From: Alphaproteobacteria bacterium
GTDB taxonomy: Bacteria > Pseudomonadota > Alphaproteobacteria > Rs-D84
DNA: 64,000 nt
Assembly: GCA_017546265.1 (NCBI GenBank)
Contig: JAFYXG010000012.1
Span: forward strand, 4,249-68,248
Direction of reading: 5' to 3'
In this document: piece after piece, positions 9,678 through 18,976 of the stretch
Position numbering within the stretch: the first letter of the stretch is position 1
Layout: the number at the start of each line of letters is the position of its first letter
Notes under the pieces: model-generated
Seen by the model: only the letters and a program-made list of their open reading frames with translations
Databases searched by the model: none
What the model was told of the DNA's origin: nothing
Translations under genes and position numbers: made by a program

Positions 9678-11261
9678 ATGGATAATAATTACACCGTTTT
9701 GGCACGCAAATATCGCAGCCAGGATTTTAAATCTTTAATCGGTCAGGACGTGTTGGTAAAAACACTGACAACCGCAATAAATACCGCTCGTATCGCACAC
9801 GCATATATTTTTACAGGCATTCGTGGAACTGGTAAAACCAGTACCGCACGTATTCTGGCCAAGGCTTTGAACTGTCTGTCGTCTGACCGGGCAACCGCAG
9901 AACCATGCGGCGTCTGTGAAAACTGTCGGACAATTGCAGCAGGTCAACACATCGATGTTATGGAAATTGACGCCGCATCCCATACGGGGGTCGATAATAT
10001 GCGTGATATCCTGGATGCAGCACAGTACAGACCAACAAACGGTAGATTCAAAGTGTATATCATTGACGAAGTTCATATGCTGTCGACATCCGCGTTTAAC
10101 GCATTGTTGAAAACACTGGAAGAACCACCTGCACATGTCATATTCATCTTGGCAACAACAGAAATAAGAAAGGTGCCCGTCACCATCCTGTCTCGTTGTC
10201 AAAGATTTGACCTGGTACGCGTGCCAGTTGAAACACTGAAACAACATTTTGCATGGATTGCAGAACAAGAAAAAATTACACTGACCGATGAAGCAAATGA
10301 ACTGTTGGCACGGGCCGCAGACGGGTCGGTACGCGATGGACTGTCCCTGTTGGACCAGGCAATCGCACAAACAGGCGGAAATGTCGATGCCGATGCCGTG
10401 CTGGACATGTTGAAACGTGCCGACCGAGGTGTGGTACTGGATATGATGAAATCTGTCCTGTCGGGGGACGTAGGACGTGCACTGAACAAGGTTGATGAAA
10501 TCTATAATAATGGGGCCGATTTGGCTATGTTGCTGACCGATATGATGGAATGGACACACTGGGCAACACGTATGCACCCGGCACTGAATGCAGGGGAAGT
10601 AAATAACTCGCCCTATACCGCAGACCAACGTGAACAAATCATGGACATAAACAATCGGGTGTCGGTGAATACACTGTCACGTATCTGGCAGGTCATGGTC
10701 GCCGCAGTACCTGAAATGCAGGCCGCAGGCAATCAAAAACAGTGCTTTGATATGCTGATAATTCGAATGATGCATATTGCAGATATGCCACCAATACCAG
10801 AAATTATTAAACAACAGGAATCCGCCAATCGTATGCGTGATGTAAAAAGCATACTGGCTGACCGTATGGCAAATACAACACAACCTGCCACCAACAATAC
10901 ACCTGTACCAGAAACACAAAAACAAACAAAATGCATCTCAAATGCAACCGAACTGGCAACGGCACTACAGGAATCTAAGGAAATTCTGTTATTCTCGTAC
11001 TACAGCAGTAATATAGAAATCGCAGAATTTACAGACGGAAAAATAAAATACTTTGACCGCAAAGGTGATGCTGATTTTGTTCACAAACTGGCATCTTGGC
11101 TGATGGATAAAACAGGCAAACAGTGGCAGTTAGAACGCGCAATGGAATCCGTTCACACAAATACAATAAATGAACAAAAGCAAGAAGAACTGGTCGCAGA
11201 CCCACTGGTCGCCAGTGCAATGGACCTGTTCGCAGACGCAGAAATCATAGGAGTCAAATAA
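9678..11261 (+). CDS. dnaX: DNA polymerase III subunit gamma/tau
   Basis: LARKYR, Walker A GIRGTGKT, Zn Cys cluster, DEVHML, SRCQ; start moved to ATG 9678. Confidence 0.97.
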   Translation: MDNNYTVLARKYRSQDFKSLIGQDVLVKTLTTAINTARIAHAYIFTGIRGTGKTSTARILAKALNCLSSDRATAEPCGVCENCRTIAAGQHIDVMEIDAASHTGVDNMRDILDAAQYRPTNGRFKVYIIDEVHMLSTSAFNALLKTLEEPPAHVIFILATTEIRKVPVTILSRCQRFDLVRVPVETLKQHFAWIAEQEKITLTDEANELLARAADGSVRDGLSLLDQAIAQTGGNVDADAVLDMLKRADRGVVLDMMKSVLSGDVGRALNKVDEIYNNGADLAMLLTDMMEWTHWATRMHPALNAGEVNNSPYTADQREQIMDINNRVSVNTLSRIWQVMVAAVPEMQAAGNQKQCFDMLIIRMMHIADMPPIPEIIKQQESANRMRDVKSILADRMANTTQPATNNTPVPETQKQTKCISNATELATALQESKEILLFSYYSSNIEIAEFTDGKIKYFDRKGDADFVHKLASWLMDKTGKQWQLERAMESVHTNTINEQKQEELVADPLVASAMDLFADAEIIGVK

Positions 11262-11719
11262 TGCAACAAGAATCTGGACGCTCGTTAATCGAAGTTATTG
11301 GCGTAATGGCAATCGCAGGTCTGATGACAGTTGCCGCCGCAGGTATGTATACAATGATTCGCCGAGACCAATCTCGCACGATCGCAGATGCAACAATGGA
11401 ACAAATTGCACAAGATGTTAAAATGCTGATGGAAATGCGAGGTACATACGAGGGATTATCAATTGACTATCTGATTAAGGCAGGGGCACTGCAATCAGAC
11501 AAAGCACCAATCGGTGGCGATAACTGGTCGGTCATAAGCAGTGCAGATGGACTATATTTTTCAATCAACCTGGTTGATTTGCAACATGCAGACTGTGAAT
11601 ACTTTGCCGCAAAAAAACCACAATGGGCAACAGCAATTTTAATAAACGGATTCGAAGCCGGTATAACAGAAAACTGTTTTGAAACAGCAACAAATCAGGT
11701 GTCCTTTATCGTAGAATAA
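11261..11719 (+). CDS. Type IV pilin, PilS (type IVb major pilin)-like
   Basis: MQQESG|RSLIEVIGVMAI; YEGLS...LIKAG, PIGG, FSINL...ADC and a second Cys give a PilS-like D-region pattern; ATG overlaps the dnaX stop. Confidence 0.75.
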   Translation: MQQESGRSLIEVIGVMAIAGLMTVAAAGMYTMIRRDQSRTIADATMEQIAQDVKMLMEMRGTYEGLSIDYLIKAGALQSDKAPIGGDNWSVISSADGLYFSINLVDLQHADCEYFAAKKPQWATAILINGFEAGITENCFETATNQVSFIVE

Positions 11720-12403
11720 ATGAAAAAATTTATTGCGTTTTTTGTATGCATAGCATGTGGACTGATGATGGGGTGTGTGCCCTATTCCAGTCCAGACAGG
11801 CAGACGTGGAAATACTTTCTGAACGGTGCCAGTTTTACAGATATGACAGAAATGGCACGCGTGGCAAAGCGACCTGTATATTTAGGGGCGGGCGGAAAAT
11901 TGATTGATGACGCAGTTAAAACACATGAAAAACTGGATTATGGCGATAAAAATACCAATGATAATATTGTCGCAACGCACTATATGACACAGGTCGAATA
12001 CGAATTATATGATGCGTTGAGAAAACCAGGTATTTCCGTTCAACGCGCAGGAACAGATGTTTTGGTCATTTTGGTACGTGATGCGATTATGGAACTGAAT
12101 GTCGCAGACATTTCCGCCACAGGTGATGATACGCTGAAAACAATAGAAAATATACTAAAAAAACACAATGCAACTATGATAGAAATCGCCGGTTATACCG
12201 ATGCTATGCGTGATAAAAATGCAGCAGCGGCACTGTCCATGGATATGGCACAACGTGTCGCAGTGCATATGGCACAACACGGTATCATTACACAACGATT
12301 GTTTATAACAGGACGTGGTGCTTCACGCCCAATCGCCGCCCAAGATGATATAGGTCGACTGACCAACAGACGTGTCGAATTACGCATTGTCCCAGCACGT
12401 TAG
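11720..12403 (+). CDS. OmpA-family peptidoglycan-binding lipoprotein
   Basis: Lipobox-like LMMGC; IAGYTD...LSMDMAQRV...NRRVEL. Confidence 0.8.
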   Translation: MKKFIAFFVCIACGLMMGCVPYSSPDRQTWKYFLNGASFTDMTEMARVAKRPVYLGAGGKLIDDAVKTHEKLDYGDKNTNDNIVATHYMTQVEYELYDALRKPGISVQRAGTDVLVILVRDAIMELNVADISATGDDTLKTIENILKKHNATMIEIAGYTDAMRDKNAAAALSMDMAQRVAVHMAQHGIITQRLFITGRGASRPIAAQDDIGRLTNRRVELRIVPAR

Positions 12404-12419
12404 TTATCGTTATTGTACC

Positions 12420-12448
12420 TTGAAATGGTCAAAGTTATATTTTATACT
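12420..12448 (+). promoter_or_regulatory. sigma70 promoter of lptF (probably leaderless)
   Basis: TTGAAA(12420)-17 nt-TATACT(12443), 7 nt upstream of ATG 12456, no SD. Confidence 0.65.
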
Positions 12449-12455
12449 GCATAGC

Positions 12456-13514
12456 ATGAAGATTCTGAATAGATATTTTTCACGGCAATTGGTGGCAATT
12501 TTTGTTATGCTGCTGCTGATTTTAACAGGACTGGCATGGATGATGCAAATCATGTCTATGATGAAGTTCTTGCTGAAATACGGAATTGATGTCGGCAGTT
12601 TTTTGGGACTGACCGCGTTGATGATACCATTTATCGCATCTATTATCGTACCATTTGTTTGCTTTATCGCCGTTATCTTTGTCTATAACAAGTTGATTGC
12701 AGATAATGAAATTACCGTTATGGCCGCGTCTGGACTGTCGCCCAGACAAATCGCCGTGCCCGCAATTAAACTGGGGACAGTGTTGATGATTCTTAATTTG
12801 GTGCTGAATATATGGATAGTTCCAAAAAGTCAATCACTGTTCTATGATACTCAGTGGAATCTGCAGTACGGTATGGCACATATGAAATTACAGGAAAGTG
12901 CGTTCACAGAAATTGCAGATGGACTGGTCGTGTATGTGGACAGTGTTGCAGGTCATGATTTAAGCAAGGTTATGTTGTCTGATATGCGTGATAAACAATC
13001 TCCCAGTATGATTTTCGCAGAAAAAGGAAAACTGGTATCCACAGTTCGCGGTTTGTCGCTGGTTATGACAAACGGTTCGCTACAGGCATCGGGACAACAA
13101 ATGGTGACCGGAACATTTGAAACATTTGATATGGATTTGAATGTTGTTGAACGCGGTGGTAACAATTCATTCCGCGTTCGCAGAATACCAACAAAAGACT
13201 TGATGCAAATCGCATTCGATGCAGAAACCAAAAAACAGCATAAAATGATTCTGACAGAACTGTGTAACAGATTTTTAAGCCCCATCATGAATCTGATACT
13301 GGCGGCATTATGTGCAGTTATCCTGTTGCGCTCTTCGTTGTTACGGCGGAGAACCAGTTTTGCACCAATTGTCGCAGTCGCAGCAATGGCAACTGTGATG
13401 GCTTTATATATGTCCGCTACAAACATGATTGGCAGTTTGACAGGTTTTGGAATGCTGGCCGTGGGACAGGTGGTTTTATTGGCGATTATTATGATGGTGT
13501 TGGCAAAAAAATGA
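12456..13514 (+). CDS. lptF: LPS export ABC transporter permease, LptF/LptG family
   Basis: ILNRY start, DNEITVMAASGLS signature, 3+3 TM helices around a periplasmic domain; upstream of lptD. Confidence 0.85.
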   Translation: MKILNRYFSRQLVAIFVMLLLILTGLAWMMQIMSMMKFLLKYGIDVGSFLGLTALMIPFIASIIVPFVCFIAVIFVYNKLIADNEITVMAASGLSPRQIAVPAIKLGTVLMILNLVLNIWIVPKSQSLFYDTQWNLQYGMAHMKLQESAFTEIADGLVVYVDSVAGHDLSKVMLSDMRDKQSPSMIFAEKGKLVSTVRGLSLVMTNGSLQASGQQMVTGTFETFDMDLNVVERGGNNSFRVRRIPTKDLMQIAFDAETKKQHKMILTELCNRFLSPIMNLILAALCAVILLRSSLLRRRTSFAPIVAVAAMATVMALYMSATNMIGSLTGFGMLAVGQVVLLAIIMMVLAKK

Positions 13515-15532
13515 AACGTGTTTACTCATTTTTAATATGTCTGTTGGCCGCAGGAAATGCCGCGGCATTTTCCGTTGACCCAAACGAACCAAGAACTATC
13601 GTTGCAGATAAAATCGAATACGATGTCTCGTCTGAAACAATCAAAACTTCGGGCAAAACGGAAATTACTAATAAGTCAGGTCAAAGACTGACACTGACAG
13701 ATTCATATATCACACAACAAGGTGATGAGTTGTCTGGTGATGATATCCGACTGTGGTTGGGAAATCATGTCTATGTAGAATCAGATAATATTACACGCAA
13801 AGGCGATTTAACCATCGCAAGAAAAGCAACTTTTACCGCATGCGATGACTGTGATGCCTATGGCGATGCGTGGGAAATTTCTACGTATAAAATTATTCAC
13901 GATATGGATACTCGTATGCTGAAATTTTACAACCCTGTGCTGCGTACGTATGATGTCCCTGTGCTGTGGTGGCCATATTTTGAAATGCCAGACCCAGGAG
14001 TAAAGTATAAAACTGGTTTTTTAATGCCAGACTTTGCATCAACAAACAAAATGGGAACTCAGATAAACATACCGTATTATATATCGATTTCTGATACTCA
14101 TGATATGACGGTGACATTTTCATATCTGACCCAGGAAAATCCGTTATTCCAATTGGAACACAGATTAAATACTGACCATGGAGAATTCAGAACCCAGGGG
14201 TCATTTACACACAATAAACTGGGGGAAAATCGTTGGCATATTTTTAATGACGATGTTTTAGAAATGGGCGAATATGCACGGGCAACTGTTTTCCTGGAAC
14301 GCGCATCAGATAAAACTTATTTGCAAAAGTATGGGTTCTATGACGACCAACCATATTTGGATTCAGGGGCAAAAATCGAACTGTTCGGTCAAAGCAGTTA
14401 TGTGGTTGCTGATGCTCATATTTTCCAGGAACTGCGTGAAAGTACCGGAAATCAAAATGCACTGGACGGAAATATTTTGCCAAATATACGTGCAGTACAC
14501 CAAACAGAACCGTTGTTCGGTGAAACATATGCCACTTTTGCAGCAGATGTTTTAGGTATTTCCGGAGATGGAACGTCCGCACAACGTATGACAGGCGATA
14601 TCAGATTGACTACTCCGTGGACACTGTGGGGCGGAAACAGAATTACAGCCAGTGCATCTGCACGATATGATTTATATAACTTTTATAACACAGAAATGGC
14701 AAATGGTGGACTGTATTCCGGAATCAAATCCAGATTCTTACCCAGTGGTTATTTGGAATGGGGACTGCCATTGTTCAAACCGACAAATAAGTGGACTCAG
14801 ATTCTGGAACCACGAGCAAGAATCACATTTATGCGACATATGGAAAATGAAGAATTCGCAAAAAATAATGATTCGGCCGGAACAATCCTGACTGATGCAA
14901 CTCTGTTCTCAGATAATAGATTCTCGGGACTGGATTTATGGGAAAATGGAACATATGCAGACTATGGTGTCAGATGGGCCGCATTTAACGAACAAGGACA
15001 TAATGTAGAAGTTTTCCTGGGACAATCTTATGACTTTACAGACAGGCCGTCTATTGACCTGAACAGCGGATTTCATAACGGGTCATCCGACTATGTGGGA
15101 CGCATAAGTTATAACAATATGAAATGGTTGAATGTCGCTTCGCGTTTCAGATTAAATCAGGCCGATTTGGCATTACGACATTTTGAAACATCTGCATACG
15201 TTGGCACAGCACGAAACTTTGTAAACATCGGACATATCTGGTCGCAAAACCTGACCGCAGAAGAAGAAATCGTCACAGGACATAATGATATTAACGAAGC
15301 AATTATCGGAACTGGATTCCAACTGACCAACAGATGGTCAGTCCGTTGGAACGGTATATTCAATATGGAATCTGGAGCATTCCAAAGACATACTGGAGGT
15401 TTTTTCTATAACCATCCGTGCTATTACATGTCGGTGGAATACAGACGTGATAATGCCGTCAAAGAAGACTATGTCGGAACCACGACTTTTCAATTCAGAT
15501 TCGGTATGGCAATCAACGGACAACAGTATTAA
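13511..15532 (+). CDS. lptD: LPS-assembly outer membrane protein LptD
   Basis: ATFTAC, PDPGVKYKTGFLMP, ASDKTYL, NRFSGLD.WE, YNHPCY; start moved to ATG 13511. Confidence 0.92.
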   Translation: MKRVYSFLICLLAAGNAAAFSVDPNEPRTIVADKIEYDVSSETIKTSGKTEITNKSGQRLTLTDSYITQQGDELSGDDIRLWLGNHVYVESDNITRKGDLTIARKATFTACDDCDAYGDAWEISTYKIIHDMDTRMLKFYNPVLRTYDVPVLWWPYFEMPDPGVKYKTGFLMPDFASTNKMGTQINIPYYISISDTHDMTVTFSYLTQENPLFQLEHRLNTDHGEFRTQGSFTHNKLGENRWHIFNDDVLEMGEYARATVFLERASDKTYLQKYGFYDDQPYLDSGAKIELFGQSSYVVADAHIFQELRESTGNQNALDGNILPNIRAVHQTEPLFGETYATFAADVLGISGDGTSAQRMTGDIRLTTPWTLWGGNRITASASARYDLYNFYNTEMANGGLYSGIKSRFLPSGYLEWGLPLFKPTNKWTQILEPRARITFMRHMENEEFAKNNDSAGTILTDATLFSDNRFSGLDLWENGTYADYGVRWAAFNEQGHNVEVFLGQSYDFTDRPSIDLNSGFHNGSSDYVGRISYNNMKWLNVASRFRLNQADLALRHFETSAYVGTARNFVNIGHIWSQNLTAEEEIVTGHNDINEAIIGTGFQLTNRWSVRWNGIFNMESGAFQRHTGGFFYNHPCYYMSVEYRRDNAVKEDYVGTTTFQFRFGMAINGQQY

Positions 15533-15555
15533 AATCAGCAGGAGAGGATAAAAAA

Positions 15556-16383
15556 ATGAAAATTGTGAAAAATTTAATGTTGGCTTTTTCTGTGCTGTGG
15601 GTAATGCCTACATTCGCAGCCACTGTTGTAGCATCTGTCAATGGTAAACCTATTACAGATACAGATATTACAGCACGTACAAAACTGATGGCAAAACAAG
15701 GCAAAACATCAACCGATAACAGACGTATCGCACTGCAAAGCATTATTGATGATGCTGTTAAAATTGAATATGCACAAAACTTTAATGCCGTGCCCGATGA
15801 TAAAACAGTGGATGCAGAACTGAAAAAAATGAACCTGGGGGATATCAGTGCATCTGAACGCGAAATGGCACGCAGTGCCTTGCGGGCAGAAATCGCATGG
15901 CAAATTATTGTCGCTCGTACTATCCTGCCTACGGTTGATACAACTCGCGAAGATATAGCAAAAGAAAAAGCAGAACTGGCACGAGAACACGGACTGCCAA
16001 TCGAAATGACCATTATCAGACTGACAGATATCCCAGCCGAGGTCGCAGAAAAACTGGTTAAACCAAAGTCTTGTGATGCGGCAATTAAAATGGCCGAAGA
16101 TTTGGGTGGAGTGCCTCAAAAATTTACCGCACTGCAATACGAATTAAGTGCAGATATTCGTGAACGTGTCGCAAGTCTGCCTGAACTAACGTGGTCAAAA
16201 CGACAGGATAATTCAATTTTACTGGTGTGCAGCACTAAAAAGACAGATGAATATAAAAATCTGGACAATATTATTAAACAAAACACCCAATTTAAACAGG
16301 CAATGTTTATGGCAGACCAACAGTTAAAACAACTGAGACGCCGTGCCGTCATTGTCATAAACGATGATAGATATAAACTATGA
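15556..16383 (+). CDS. surA: SurA-family periplasmic chaperone (short)
   Basis: VVASVNGKPIT.DI, C-terminal LKQLRRRAVI; position directly after lptD. Confidence 0.8.
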   Translation: MKIVKNLMLAFSVLWVMPTFAATVVASVNGKPITDTDITARTKLMAKQGKTSTDNRRIALQSIIDDAVKIEYAQNFNAVPDDKTVDAELKKMNLGDISASEREMARSALRAEIAWQIIVARTILPTVDTTREDIAKEKAELAREHGLPIEMTIIRLTDIPAEVAEKLVKPKSCDAAIKMAEDLGGVPQKFTALQYELSADIRERVASLPELTWSKRQDNSILLVCSTKKTDEYKNLDNIIKQNTQFKQAMFMADQQLKQLRRRAVIVINDDRYKL

Positions 16384-17483
16384 CAAAAACAATCTTATTT
16401 AATCTTTCTGATGCAGAACTGGAAAAGTTTATAACCGATATGGGGCAGCCAAAATTCAGAGCAAAGCAAATTCGCGAATGGCTGAATCGCGGTGTGCCTG
16501 ATTTTGCACAAATGAAAAATATCCCAGAAAAATTACGCTTGCAACTGGCGGAAAACGCAAAAACTTTGCCCGTGGAAATTATAAAAAAACTGGAATCCGC
16601 AGACGGTGAAACAACTAAGTTTCTGTTGGGACTGGGGGACGGTGAACAAATTGAATGTGTGCTGATGCGGACAACATATGGAAACAGCGTTTGCGTCAGT
16701 TCTCAGGCAGGCTGTGCAATGGGATGTAAATTCTGTGCCAGCACATTATTGGGACTGAAAAGAAATTTAACAGCAAATGAAATCTTTGCTCAGATACTGG
16801 TCGCACAATGGGAACTGAGAACAGATAAATTTGCCGATAAACCAATTCGACCAAACGGCGATGCAAACAATGGTGATGTTTCACATATCGTTATTATGGG
16901 AACTGGGGAACCACTGCAGAATACAGAAAATGTTATCGACTTTATCGAGCGGGCAAATTCACAGATGGGTATCGGATGGCGGCGTATCACATTATCTACA
17001 TGTGGAATCGTGCCGGGAATTGACAGACTAATCGAGTGGGGAAGACCTATTAACCTGGCGATTTCTTTGCATGCACCAACAGATGAACTGCGTTCACAAA
17101 TTATGCCTATAAACAATAGATATAAATTAAATGAAGTACTGGACGCAGCATGGCGGTTTACAGATAATCACAACAGGCAGTTGATGATTGAATATATCCT
17201 GTTGGGAAAACGTGACGAAAATGGTGAAACAGTTCTGTTTAATGCAACACCAGAATATGCAGAAAAATTAAGCAATCTGTTGCAGGGTAAAAACTGTATG
17301 GTTAATTTAATCCCATGGAATGCCGTTGATGAACGCGATTTCGCAGCACCATCTGGTAATGCTGTACACAGATTCCAGGATATTTTAATCAAAAATGGTA
17401 TTCATACACGTATCAGACGGGAACGTGGAACCGATATCGGTTCGGCATGTGGTCAGTTGCGTCTGAATAACGCAAAAAGGTAA
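16380..17483 (+). CDS. rlmN: 23S rRNA A2503/tRNA A37 C2-methyltransferase (radical SAM)
   Basis: CVSSQAGCAMGCKFC, MGTGEP, LAISLHA, SACGQL. Confidence 0.95.
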   Translation: MTKTILFNLSDAELEKFITDMGQPKFRAKQIREWLNRGVPDFAQMKNIPEKLRLQLAENAKTLPVEIIKKLESADGETTKFLLGLGDGEQIECVLMRTTYGNSVCVSSQAGCAMGCKFCASTLLGLKRNLTANEIFAQILVAQWELRTDKFADKPIRPNGDANNGDVSHIVIMGTGEPLQNTENVIDFIERANSQMGIGWRRITLSTCGIVPGIDRLIEWGRPINLAISLHAPTDELRSQIMPINNRYKLNEVLDAAWRFTDNHNRQLMIEYILLGKRDENGETVLFNATPEYAEKLSNLLQGKNCMVNLIPWNAVDERDFAAPSGNAVHRFQDILIKNGIHTRIRRERGTDIGSACGQLRLNNAKR

Positions 17484-17488
17484 ATAAG

Positions 17489-18238
17489 ATGATTATCAAA
17501 TATATCACTTGCAGCGCCCCACACGAAGACGTATCACACAGCGATGTCCTGAGACTGTTAAGATATGCACCACAAGTGGAAATTGGTATGCAGGCCTTGC
17601 CAGCATCTATGTCAACCGAAAAACCAAGGAATAAGTGGTTTAATGGACTGCTGCAGTTGGTGCAAAATATAGATATGAGATTAAATGTTGCCGTCCACGT
17701 AAATTACCAATGGTGCGATGAAATATGCAGCGGCAAAATCCCAGGCGAAATTCAACAATGGATGGGTATGCGGCGAACTTTTGAACGAACACCTGTGATA
17801 AAACGGTGGCAATTAAATATTGGTGATAATACAAAAAACTGGGATACTCGTGCGGTCGCAAAACTGATATCTGACCACCCAGAACATGAGTTTATTTTCC
17901 CATATAACGATACTGTACGGAATAAGATAGATGAATTAAATAAAACAGGTGTGCCGTTTTCTTTGTTGTATGATTCTTCGTATGGATACGGTAAATTACC
18001 AGAACAGTGGAACCCGCCAGTTTATGATAACCATATGATGGGATATGCAGGGGGATTATCCCCAGAAAACATTGCAGAAAACCTGGACAAAATTGCCCAA
18101 CAGGTGCCCGAAAATTATCACATGTGGATAGACGCAGAAGGCAGACTGATGCGGCCCGGAACGCGAGAATTCGACCCACAACGGGCATTGACATATATTA
18201 AAAATACTTTGGCATGGAACAAACAGCATATAAAATAA
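17489..18238 (+). CDS. Hypothetical TIM-barrel protein, remotely PRA-isomerase (TrpF)-like
   Basis: LLYDSSYGYG, GYAGGLSPENI, WIDAEG resemble the C-terminal phosphate-binding barrel motifs of PRAI. Confidence 0.55.
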   Translation: MIIKYITCSAPHEDVSHSDVLRLLRYAPQVEIGMQALPASMSTEKPRNKWFNGLLQLVQNIDMRLNVAVHVNYQWCDEICSGKIPGEIQQWMGMRRTFERTPVIKRWQLNIGDNTKNWDTRAVAKLISDHPEHEFIFPYNDTVRNKIDELNKTGVPFSLLYDSSYGYGKLPEQWNPPVYDNHMMGYAGGLSPENIAENLDKIAQQVPENYHMWIDAEGRLMRPGTREFDPQRALTYIKNTLAWNKQHIK

Positions 18239-18270
18239 AAAAATCCCCGAATTGGGGACTTTTTTTATTT
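18237..18270. terminator. Bidirectional intrinsic terminator
   Basis: A-tract, TCCCC-GAATT-GGGGA, T-tract between convergent genes. Confidence 0.8.
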
Positions 18271-18283
18271 GTAATTATTGCAA

Positions 18284-18580
18284 TTATGGCATGGGTATGC
18301 CCGCTGTCGCATCACCCATAACACGGTCGATTATTACATCGGCCTTTTGCTTGGCATCACGATAAGCCGCCAAAACCGCATCGGAAACCGCATCAGCCCC
18401 CAATGACAACACGTCTGGACGAATAACAACACCCAGCATGTCATACTTTGCCGTCATGTCAATAATGCATGCACCATTATCAGCAATACCTTTGACCGTG
18501 GTTTGTGCCAGTCTATCCTGGGCGGCGGCGACTTTGTTCTGCAATTCTGCCGCCTGGGCCATTAATGCTTCCATATCCAT
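18284..18580 (-). CDS. ybaB: YbaB/EbfC nucleoid-associated protein
   Basis: LMAQAAELQNKVAAAQDRLAQTTVKG...IRPDVL...AAYRDA pattern. Confidence 0.85.
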   Translation of the reverse strand: MDMEALMAQAAELQNKVAAAQDRLAQTTVKGIADNGACIIDMTAKYDMLGVVIRPDVLSLGADAVSDAVLAAYRDAKQKADVIIDRVMGDATAGIPMP

Positions 18581-18595
18581 TTTTACCCCCCTGCT

Positions 18596-18970
18596 TTATT
18601 TTTGTTTTAGTTTTTCAATGTGCAACATCTGTAATATACCCGCCGGCACCTGATTTGCCCGAGCCCAAAAATCATTCATTTCCAAATTTGGAATGATTTT
18701 TTCGTTGGCATATTCTGTCGCCTGATTTGATGTACAAAAACTTTGTGCAGATTCTATGATGGGTATATAACGCGGAAAACCAGATGGTGTATATTGACGC
18801 CGAGTTAGCACAAACGAATACTGCTTTTCAACCGTGTGTTTTACAATAGACGGACAATAGTTTTCGTAAACCCATTTTCTTAATCGTGGAATATCGTTGG
18901 GGGCACATTTTAAATGTGCCGCCCACTGTTCATCAGTCCACGTTAACTGTATCTTATTCATAACAATCAC
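18596..18970 (-). CDS. Hypothetical protein (124 aa)
   Basis: Fills the gap between pnp and ybaB on the same strand; no recognised domain. Confidence 0.65.
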   Translation of the reverse strand: MIVMNKIQLTWTDEQWAAHLKCAPNDIPRLRKWVYENYCPSIVKHTVEKQYSFVLTRRQYTPSGFPRYIPIIESAQSFCTSNQATEYANEKIIPNLEMNDFWARANQVPAGILQMLHIEKLKQK

Positions 18971-18976
18971 CGTCCA

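Noticed and set aside
9735-10637. Long antisense ORFs (also 19007-19780, 25745-26365, 55488-56102, 63352-63939)
   Set aside because: Shadows of well-supported genes on the opposite strand (dnaX, pnp, lpxD, the Cys-rich gene, gpsA) with no motifs of their own
10780-10960. Programmed frameshift in dnaX producing a gamma subunit
   Set aside because: No A-AAA-AAG slippery site with a downstream hairpin, and no long A-run, seen in the linker region
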